A stretch of 64,000 bases of DNA from a virus. A program made the translations under genes and the position numbers. The DNA lies in the IMG/VR virus record IMGVR_UViG_3300045988_167206, positions 1 through 64,000 of that record. One strand, written 5' to 3'. A model generated the notes under the pieces. That model did no database searches. It was not told where the DNA came from and worked only from the letters and a program-made list of their open reading frames with translations. Shown in pieces: positions 17,778 through 24,362 of the stretch (the first letter of the stretch is position 1; each line of letters opens with the position of its first letter).

Positions 17778-18521
17778 ATGAATCTTACAGCAGGAGCAGT
17801 AATTGTTATTGCAGCGATTGTAATTGTTGGTATTTTAATCTTTTGTACTAAATCTGGAAAGCGTGTCAGACTGAGAATGTCTGGCACAGCTGACGAAGCG
17901 ATTTCAAAAGATGCATCTACCCCAGAAGGAGCAAAAGCATATTATAATGTTGCAATCGAAAAGAAACAGAATGATTATAGTGCAGCAAATAATCTGTTAA
18001 AACAAATTGAAGGTAAAAAGGCAGGATTTGAAGATCAGCTTCATCAGTTACAGAAAGATAGATTTGATTGTGTAGAAAAGCTCAATCAGTGTATTGATTC
18101 AAACAATGATGAAGGTGCAAAGCTTTACATTAAAGAACAGCAGAATATTGATGATAAAGTAAAAACTTTAAAAGCTGCGATTAAGGATCTTGAGAAAAAT
18201 GAACAGCTTCAGAAAGAAACTGTTGAATCATTAGAAGCAGAGTTAAATGATCTTAAGGCCGAAAAGGATAATGCTGTATTTACATTATCTACAGCACAGG
18301 TTACACAGTCACTTCAGGCGAACCCAGGAGCATCTTCAGCAGAAGAAGATAAAATGCTTGAAAAAGTTCGTGACGGGATTCAGAAGAAAAAAGAAGAAGC
18401 CGATGGAAATAGAATTATGTATGAGAATTCTACATATGTTCAGAAGCAGCGTCTTGAAAAGAAAATGAAGGATGATGAAGTTGATAGAAAACTGCAGGAA
18501 CTTAAGGCAAAGAGGAAATAA
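17778..18521 (+). CDS. Membrane-anchored coiled-coil protein, PspA/IM30-like
   Basis: N-terminal TM helix (AGAVIVIAAIVIVGILIF) followed by about 200 aa of heptad-rich sequence. The layout resembles PspA/LiaH (central ..DEGAKLYIKEQQ.., ELNDLKAEKDNA..). Assignment is tentative. Confidence 0.4.
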   Translation: MNLTAGAVIVIAAIVIVGILIFCTKSGKRVRLRMSGTADEAISKDASTPEGAKAYYNVAIEKKQNDYSAANNLLKQIEGKKAGFEDQLHQLQKDRFDCVEKLNQCIDSNNDEGAKLYIKEQQNIDDKVKTLKAAIKDLEKNEQLQKETVESLEAELNDLKAEKDNAVFTLSTAQVTQSLQANPGASSAEEDKMLEKVRDGIQKKKEEADGNRIMYENSTYVQKQRLEKKMKDDEVDRKLQELKAKRK

Positions 18522-18522
18522 T

Positions 18523-18606
18523 ATGATTACAATGAATCCAGGTATATTTATATTATGTCTTGCTGTCTTTATGACAGCAGGATTTATCTTAGGAAGGATG
18601 GAATAA
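18523..18606 (+). CDS. Possible 27-aa hydrophobic peptide
   Basis: ATG at 18523 encodes MITMNPGIFILCLAVFMTAGFILGRME. It fills the gap between neighbouring genes. Too short to be sure. Confidence 0.2.
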   Translation: MITMNPGIFILCLAVFMTAGFILGRME

Positions 18607-18608
18607 TT

Positions 18609-19121
18609 ATGTTACTTAAAGATGTTTTAGATTATTTTATGTTATATGAAAACTATAAAGATAAGGAAAAGGAAGAAAAAGAGATGCTTACTATTAAGGA
18701 TTTAAAAGTTGGAGATAAACTTAAGGTTAAAGGCGATAATATTATTTTAATTATTCGGTATATTGATCTGGAGAATAGATATATCCTTGTAAGTTTTGGA
18801 AGTGGAGAACCATATCTTATTCGAGATACCACATTAAGATTTTATGAAAAATACAAGGAATGTAAGAAATTAGAATGGACCGAGTGGAAAAAAGGAGTTA
18901 CTGTATATACAAATCCATTTAATGAAATGAAGGTAGGTCTTAATTATGAAATTAGGAATAATGGAAAGCGTGTGCAGGTTCGATCTGGATCTACAAAGGC
19001 TTTTGCGTCCTGTGATGAAACTAAGGGAGATAAATTTGATTATAAATTCGGAAAAAATCTTGCATTAAATAGGCTTATTATTAAGAGAATTGCTGAAGGA
19101 TTGGAATCTTCTGTAAAATAA
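18609..19121 (+). CDS. Hypothetical protein
   Basis: ATG at 18609 after RBS tAGGAAGGAtggaataatt. Confidence 0.5.
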   Translation: MLLKDVLDYFMLYENYKDKEKEEKEMLTIKDLKVGDKLKVKGDNIILIIRYIDLENRYILVSFGSGEPYLIRDTTLRFYEKYKECKKLEWTEWKKGVTVYTNPFNEMKVGLNYEIRNNGKRVQVRSGSTKAFASCDETKGDKFDYKFGKNLALNRLIIKRIAEGLESSVK

Positions 19122-19139
19122 ATAATGCAAAATTTGAAA
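19121..19139 (+). promoter_or_regulatory. Recurrent 19-nt element, copy 6
   Basis: aataatgcaaaatttgaaa, upstream of the sigma-A promoter. Confidence 0.75.
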
Positions 19140-19147
19140 AAATAACT

Positions 19148-19176
19148 GTTGACAAATTGATATACATGTGATATAA
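19148..19176 (+). promoter_or_regulatory. Sigma-A type promoter (consensus, extended -10)
   Basis: TTGACA-17 nt (ending TGA)-TATAAT. Confidence 0.8.
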
Positions 19177-19218
19177 TACATACATAGTCACAGAGGGAAA
19201 GAAATTTTTTTAGAAATA

Positions 19219-19237
19219 AATAATGTAAAATTTGAAA
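19219..19237 (+). promoter_or_regulatory. Recurrent 19-nt element, copy 7
   Basis: aataatgtaaaatttgaaa lies downstream of the sigma-A promoter, 38 nt before the ATG at 19257. Confidence 0.8.
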
Positions 19238-19256
19238 GATAAAAGGAGAAAGCAAA

Positions 19257-19901
19257 ATGACTACTGAGAGAATGACAATTCATAAAGCATTATCTGAATC
19301 AAAGATCCTTGATAGTAGAATTGATGGTGCGATTTATGAAGGAATTTATTGTTTAGCAAATAAACATTCCAATAATAAAATCAAAGGTGTTGGAATTGAA
19401 GATTATAAAAAAGTAATGCAGGGACATTACGATAAAGCAACCGATCTTATTGCAAGAAATAATGCGATCAAGAAAGCAGTAGTTCTTTCTAATGCAGTTA
19501 CAAAAGTAAAGATCGGTGACGTTGAATATACTGTTGCGGAAGCAATCTGGATGAAGAATCATGGAATTGAGCATAAAGAAGAGTTACTTGCAAAATTGAA
19601 GCAGCAGTATTCAAAAGCTCAGGTAGATATTGAGAAAAATAATGGAAAAGAGCTTGATGAACGAGCTGAGAAATATGCGATTGGGCTGTATGGTGGTACA
19701 AAGGATGTAAAAGTAGATCCGGAGGACATCGAGAAAACAAAGAAAGAATTCATCAAAGCAAACCAGTATGAACTTCTTGATCCGATTGGAATTCTTGCTA
19801 AGATCGAAGGCCTTGAAAAAGAAATTGATTCATTTAAGTCAGAAGTTGATTCGATCCTTTCTACAAGTAATGCTATTACAGAAATTGAAATTTCTTATTA
19901 A
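19257..19901 (+). CDS. Hypothetical protein (214 aa), probably highly expressed
   Basis: Preceded by a perfect TTGACA-N17-TATAAT promoter, a copy of the 19-nt element and a strong RBS AAAAGGAGAAAG. Confidence 0.55.
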   Translation: MTTERMTIHKALSESKILDSRIDGAIYEGIYCLANKHSNNKIKGVGIEDYKKVMQGHYDKATDLIARNNAIKKAVVLSNAVTKVKIGDVEYTVAEAIWMKNHGIEHKEELLAKLKQQYSKAQVDIEKNNGKELDERAEKYAIGLYGGTKDVKVDPEDIEKTKKEFIKANQYELLDPIGILAKIEGLEKEIDSFKSEVDSILSTSNAITEIEISY

Positions 19902-19907
19902 TAGTTA

Positions 19908-19926
19908 AATAATGTAAGATTTAAAA
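19908..19926 (+). promoter_or_regulatory. Recurrent 19-nt element, copy 8
   Basis: aataatgtaagatttaaaa, at the start of the 430-nt non-coding gap. Confidence 0.75.
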
Positions 19927-20145
19927 ATATATAAATAATATATTCACTGTTTGTCGAAAACTTTAAACTACAATTCATTAGACTTTTATAGGTATAGACT
20001 AATGTAAAAAAATAAAGAAACCTATATTCTAAAATCAAAAAATGGATTGGTTTGGTTTGATAGACATACTAATAATTTGAAAATGATTATTGTATTAAAT
20101 TCTAAAATATACAGATGATGATGTTTGCATAGAACATTAATAGGA

Positions 20146-20242
20146 CTGTAAAGTTTAAAGCTGTAAAGATCAAAGAGTAAAATTCAAAATTCAAAGTTTA
20201 TTTTCTGATCAAAGTTCAAACAGTAAAGGTTAAAGGTAAAAG
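20146..20242 (+). repeat. Degenerate A-rich tandem repeats (GTAAAG / TYAAAG units)
   Basis: ctgtaaagtttaaag / ctgtaaagatcaaag / agtaaaattcaaaattcaaag ... cagtaaaggttaaaggtaaaag, within an ORF-free gap. Confidence 0.5.
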
Positions 20243-20330
20243 TTTTACAAAATCCTTGATTCACAGTTTTGCGTATAATTGTACTTGACGTTAAGTATCT
20301 GCAAGGCTGACAAATGGTGAATATTCTTGA

Positions 20331-20404
20331 TGGGGTGTCGCCAAGAGGTAAGGCACAGCACTTTGACTGCTGCATTTTCGTGGGTTCGAATCCCACCACC
20401 TCAG
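20331..20404 (+). tRNA. tRNA-Gln (anticodon UUG)
   Basis: Hand-folded cloverleaf. Acceptor TGGGGTG/CACCTCA (U1-A72, as in E. coli tRNA-Gln), D arm GCC-AAGAGGTAA-GGC, anticodon arm CAGCA-CTTTGAC-TGCTG, T arm GTGGG-TTCGAAT-CCCAC. The variable region is about 2 nt longer than usual. Confidence 0.8.
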
Positions 20405-20431
20405 TTTAAACAAAATAAAAGGAGAAAAGAA

Positions 20432-21535
20432 ATGAAAATAATTAATTCAGGTAGTAGATATGAAATTTATGGAGATGATCTTAAAACACTTGATAAACTT
20501 CCAGCGCAGTTTTATTCTGTTGAATTTCATAAAATGATGGGATTCTTTCTTGATAAACATGCTGATATAGAAATTAAGGAAAGTAAAATCTATGGCGTAC
20601 ATATGAGCAAGGTTAAAAAAGTATTAAGAGCATTTCCTGAATTCGAAAGAAATCTTGGCGTGATTTTATCAGGTAATAAGGGAATTGGGAAATCATTATT
20701 CGCAAAAGAACTTGCGATTGAGTCTGTTAAAGTTGGATATCCAGTAATCATTGTTGATAGATATATTCCTGGTATTGCTGATTTTATTGAAAGTATTGAA
20801 CAGGAAGTAGTGATTTTATTCGATGAATTTGATAAAACATTTGGAGGAGTTAAAAAAGGAGACGGGATGATTGATCCACAAGATGAGATGCTTACATTGT
20901 TTGATGGTATTTCATGTGGAAAGAAAATGTTTGTGATTACATGTAATCGGATTAATAGTCTAAATGATTATCTTGTTAATCGACCAGGAAGATTCCATTA
21001 TCATTTTAGATTTGAATATCCTACTCCGGATGAAATTACAGAATATCTGAAAGATAAAATTGATGAAAAATATTATGAAGAGATTAGGGGAGTTATCGCA
21101 TTTTCACGAAAAGTCAATTTAAATTATGATTGTTTACGTGCGATTGCTTATGAACTAAATAATGGCGAGCCATTTAAAAATGCCATCAAGGATCTGAATA
21201 TTATTAATATGGATGATGTCAGATATGATGCTACAATTGTCATGGATGATGGTTCTACAGATATTGACTCTAGATGTATGGATTTGTTTGATAAAAATAA
21301 TGAGATTAGTTTAGATTTTATAGTACATAATGTATATTTTGAAGCAAACTTTAAAGTTTCAGCTTGTAAATTTGATATGGAAAAATGTATCAATATTGTA
21401 AATGGTGAGGATATTAAATTGAATATTGACAAGCATGACTTGGAAGAATTTAAGAAAAAAGGAAAAGAATTTCCAAAACCGAAATACATTACATTAACAC
21501 GTAAGGTTGATAAAAAACTGCATTATACTTTATAA
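20432..21535 (+). CDS. AAA+ ATPase (classical clade)
   Basis: Walker A GNKGIGKS, Walker B VILFDEFD, second region of homology NRPGRFHYHF. The start was moved to ATG 20432 (RBS AAAAGGAGAAAAG) because the track start overlaps tRNA-Gln. Confidence 0.75.
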   Translation: MKIINSGSRYEIYGDDLKTLDKLPAQFYSVEFHKMMGFFLDKHADIEIKESKIYGVHMSKVKKVLRAFPEFERNLGVILSGNKGIGKSLFAKELAIESVKVGYPVIIVDRYIPGIADFIESIEQEVVILFDEFDKTFGGVKKGDGMIDPQDEMLTLFDGISCGKKMFVITCNRINSLNDYLVNRPGRFHYHFRFEYPTPDEITEYLKDKIDEKYYEEIRGVIAFSRKVNLNYDCLRAIAYELNNGEPFKNAIKDLNIINMDDVRYDATIVMDDGSTDIDSRCMDLFDKNNEISLDFIVHNVYFEANFKVSACKFDMEKCINIVNGEDIKLNIDKHDLEEFKKKGKEFPKPKYITLTRKVDKKLHYTL

Positions 21536-21538
21536 TTA

Positions 21539-21557
21539 AATAATGTAAAATTTGACA
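21539..21557 (+). promoter_or_regulatory. Recurrent 19-nt element, copy 9
   Basis: aataatgtaaaatttgaca, 45 nt before tRNA-Leu. Confidence 0.75.
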
Positions 21558-21583
21558 AGCGTTCAAATTAAAACGAATGCTTG

Positions 21584-21664
21584 AGCGGATATGACGGAAT
21601 GGCAGACGTAGAAGACTCAAACTCTTCGGAAGAAATTCATGTGGGTTCGAATCCCATTATCCGC
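21584..21664 (+). tRNA. tRNA-Leu (anticodon CAA), type II
   Basis: Acceptor GCGGATA/TATCCGC, D arm ACG-GAATGGCAGA-CGT, anticodon arm GAAGA-CTCAAAC-TCTTC, long variable arm (GAA-GAAA-TTC), T arm GTGGG-TTCGAAT-CCCAT. Confidence 0.8.
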
Positions 21665-22097
21665 ATCAGGCAGATATATTGTGAAGAGTATGCTGGAGGC
21701 CAAGGCATTGACATAATAATTTGACCTGAAGGTTATAACCTATAAGCACTTCACGGCTTTGAGCGTGAACCATTATTGAAACTATTATTAAATCGAATTG
21801 AAATTGTTATGTTTGTACTGGAGCCTGTCGATGTTATAGGAAGACACAGTGTATTGGTTGTATGGTTTGGATACACAACACATTTATATAGATGATTGAT
21901 TATGATGAGGGAGAATTTGGAAGTGGTGAGGATAGTTATAAGAAGTAGCTGTGTAGTTGTAATCAATCGAAAATTATATCTTTCGTGGAGATTTCTGTAG
22001 TGAGGTAAGCGATTAAGCTAAATCAGTAGGTGATACGAAGCGGTAAGTTGGAAGATATTTACGGCATTGTGGTTGTGTGTAGCTGCAGAAATCAAAA
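21665..22097 (+). ncRNA. ORF-poor spacer between tRNAs; candidate structured RNA
   Basis: About 430 nt with no convincing ORF or RBS, and G-richer than the flanks. Local hairpins are present (AGGTTATAACCT; TTCACG..CGTGAA; GTGTAT..ATACAC), plus a 9-bp long-range complement GATTGATTA (21894-21902) / TAATCAATC (21960-21968). Confidence 0.3.
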
Positions 22098-22170
22098 GGG
22101 AACTTAGTTCAGCGGTTAGAGCAATCGCCTCATAAGCGATAAGTCCTGGGTTCGAATCCCAGAGTTCCCA
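22098..22170 (+). tRNA. tRNA with CAU anticodon (elongator Met or lysidine-Ile)
   Basis: Acceptor GGGAACT/AGTTCCC, D arm GTTC-AGCGGTTA-GAGC, anticodon arm ATCGC-CTCATAA-GCGAT, T arm CTGGG-TTCGAAT-CCCAG. It has a G1-C72 pair and lacks the initiator GGG/CCC stem, so it is not an initiator. Confidence 0.85.
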
Positions 22171-22223
22171 TCTCCTTGGAAATAATAAGGAGAGCTGCTT
22201 TCATTAAAATACCTTTCTAAAAG

Positions 22224-22301
22224 TGATATGTAGTTTAACTGGTAAAACAATCTAATGCGCCAACATTAGATAGATATTTGGTTCGAATCCAATCGTATCA
22301 C
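22224..22301 (+). tRNA. tRNA-like element with non-canonical anticodon arm
   Basis: Acceptor TGATATG/CGTATCA (one G-U pair), D arm GTTT-AACTGGTA-AAAC, T loop TTCGAAT. The anticodon arm is 22 nt (ATCTAATG-CGCCAA-CATTAGAT: 8-bp stem, 6-nt loop, no U33). No standard anticodon can be read. Confidence 0.4.
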
Positions 22302-22568
22302 ATTAGGGACCATAACCCTTTGATGTTTTACAAGGTAGCATCATAAATAAATGTGACTTTCTAGTGCTTAGAGTTTCAATACGAAAAATATAATAAGCCG
22401 TTGCAGTGAGGACGACAAACTGATGGAGATGTGGAAGAACATTGACGTTTTGAGATTGTTTTAAAATGAGATAAAACGTACTGCTTTAGAGAAAATGTAG
22501 GGAATTGAGTGAATCAAAGAACACATAATCCTTGGTGTATTGCAGATATTCAGGTAGGATCCTTAAGT

Positions 22569-22626
22569 TGATATGTTGAAGGCCAAAGTATAATAATACT
22601 TGCCGGTTCAATTCCGGCCATATCAA
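22569..22626 (+). ncRNA. Truncated tRNA-like element (acceptor stem plus T arm only)
   Basis: Perfect 7-bp acceptor TGATATG/CATATCA and T arm GCCGG-TTCAATT-CCGGC, but only 26 nt lie between them (about 42 expected). It has the same 5' acceptor strand as the element at 22224. Confidence 0.25.
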
Positions 22627-22671
22627 TTTGTAGCATAATTGCTGCGAAAATAAAATTTAAAGGAGAAGATA

Positions 22672-23064
22672 ATGAACTATTCAATGAATTATTTAGCAAT
22701 GTTAAAGACAGGAGATATTGTACTCTCTACAAAGGGAAGTTACGGCATTGTTTTAAAAGGAACTGCTGAAGGAGATCTTATTCGATGGTTTCTAAATAAA
22801 GAACGTCAGAGTATTAAGAAGTTTAGAACCTTCGGTATGATTAATTCAGATCTTACGTTTAAATTCGATGGAAAAGATAATCGAATTATTAAAGTATGGA
22901 GAACGAATGATAAGCATCATATCGGCACATTGTGTTCAGATACATTTACAAATTTTGAGTCTATGGGATTTAAACTTGTGTATGAAGAGAAAGTAAAAGA
23001 AGTAACGATGGATGAGATTGAAGCAAAATTTGGATGTAAAGTAAAAATCAAAAATGACGATTGA
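22672..23064 (+). CDS. Hypothetical protein
   Basis: 130-aa ORF after RBS tAAAGGAGAAGAtA. Confidence 0.5.
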   Translation: MNYSMNYLAMLKTGDIVLSTKGSYGIVLKGTAEGDLIRWFLNKERQSIKKFRTFGMINSDLTFKFDGKDNRIIKVWRTNDKHHIGTLCSDTFTNFESMGFKLVYEEKVKEVTMDEIEAKFGCKVKIKNDD

Positions 23065-23183
23065 TTAATAACTGTAATAAATGAATACAAAGAGAGGTAA
23101 ATATTGAGTCATCGCTTAATTGCGATGCAAAGTTGTCAGAGTGACATGCAATATTATTCTGCTTCGGAAAGTGAGGTGGAATA

Positions 23184-24101
23184 ATGGAGCGAAAGAGTTT
23201 TATGGATATTCAGAGATTGAAAGAAGGATTTGCTGATGATTTTAGACCTGGAGATGAAATTGTTATCCAGGAAAAATTCGATGGATCTAATGCATCTTTC
23301 AGATATGATGTAGAGACTGGTAAGTTAGTAGCCTTTTCAAGAAGACAAACACTTAATCCTCTCGATAATACATTGAGTGGTTTCTATAATTATATACAGT
23401 CTTTGAATGCAGATGAATTTAAGGATTATCCGGACTATGTAGTATTTGGAGAATGGTCTGGAGCAAGAAATGCAATTATTTATTATCCTGAATGCACTAA
23501 GAAATGGTATGTGTTCGATATTTATGATGTAAACGAGCAAGTATATTTACAACAATCTGAAGTAAAGAAATTTGCTGAAGAACATGGTTTAGATTACATC
23601 AATACATATTATGTTGGACCATTTATTAGTTGGGATCATGTAATGAGTTTTATGGGGACTTCTGCATATGGAGACATTCAAGAAGGAATTATTGTTAAAA
23701 ATCAAACAAAGCTTAATGATCCTAATACAAGATTACCATTTGTAGTAAAAATCGTTGGTGAAAAATTTCATGAGATTAAAAAGACAAATCACGCAAAAAA
23801 AGTTGTTGATCCAAAGAAATTACAAGAGAGGGCAGCAGCACAAGAACTAACTGAGTCTATTGTTACAAGACGAAGAGTAGAAAAAGAGTTATATAAAATG
23901 CGTGACGATGGCATTATTCCAGCTGACTGGTGTGAAAAAGATATGAAGACGGTCGCAAGAGAATTGCCTAGTAGAATTTATCAAGATTGTATAAAAGAAG
24001 AACCAGAAACTGTAACAGAAATCGGACAGTTTTTTGGAAAGTTTTGTTCTTCAACAGCCATGAAATATGCACGTAACATCATTCTTGGAGATCCGGCCTG
24101 A
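23184..24101 (+). CDS. ATP-dependent RNA ligase family protein
   Basis: Nucleotidyl-transferase motif I EKFDGSNAS (KxDGxN), with downstream FGEW and IIVK-type motifs. The size (305 aa) fits Rnl2/PF09414-like ligases. Confidence 0.6.
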   Translation: MERKSFMDIQRLKEGFADDFRPGDEIVIQEKFDGSNASFRYDVETGKLVAFSRRQTLNPLDNTLSGFYNYIQSLNADEFKDYPDYVVFGEWSGARNAIIYYPECTKKWYVFDIYDVNEQVYLQQSEVKKFAEEHGLDYINTYYVGPFISWDHVMSFMGTSAYGDIQEGIIVKNQTKLNDPNTRLPFVVKIVGEKFHEIKKTNHAKKVVDPKKLQERAAAQELTESIVTRRRVEKELYKMRDDGIIPADWCEKDMKTVARELPSRIYQDCIKEEPETVTEIGQFFGKFCSSTAMKYARNIILGDPA

Positions 24102-24137
24102 TTATTGAGACATAAGAAGAAAGGAGGACTTGAATGA

Positions 24138-24362
24138 GTGGAACAGTGGAAATACGAAGAATTAAAATGTGGCAGTTGCCATAAAACATTTTTATACAAT
24201 AAAGAAACAGATGTCCAGTTTGATGATCATGGATATGGTTATTCTACAAAACTTGTGAAATGTAAATGTTGCGGTAAATTGAATATAGTTCGTTATTACC
24301 AAGACAGAGCGATGAAATTAAATAATGACAGTAGATTTTATAATTACAGGAGAAATAAATAA
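24138..24362 (+). CDS. Zinc-ribbon protein (74 aa)
   Basis: CGSC..(about 34 aa)..CKCC four-Cys arrangement. Confidence 0.45.
   Translation: MEQWKYEELKCGSCHKTFLYNKETDVQFDDHGYGYSTKLVKCKCCGKLNIVRYYQDRAMKLNNDSRFYNYRRNK

Noticed and set aside
17320-18468. Alternative-frame + strand ORFs 17320-17562 and 18247-18468. The same applies to 25596-25820, 29739-29948, 47128-47325, 47335-47607 and 55180-55377.
   Set aside because: They are fully nested in better-supported genes (TerD, PspA-like, AAA_24, primase, vWA, dut). Their Leu/Ile/Met-rich or basic junk composition is typical of off-frame AT-rich DNA.
20273-20330. A sigma-A promoter for the tRNA-Gln operon (TATAAT at 20273, TTGACG at 20285).
   Set aside because: The hexamers are in the wrong order or spacing: there is no -35 box 17 nt upstream of TATAAT, and no -10 box 17 nt downstream of TTGACG. 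I could not support a promoter call.
20327-20431. N-terminal 35 codons of the ORF-track entry 20327-21535.
   Set aside because: This stretch is the tRNA-Gln gene read as protein. A strong RBS and ATG at 20432 give the real AAA+ start.
21751-21966. 71-aa minus-strand ORF in the tRNA spacer.
   Set aside because: It has no RBS, runs opposite to every neighbouring gene, has a low-complexity T/I/S-rich translation, and lies in a region better explained as non-coding RNA or spacer.
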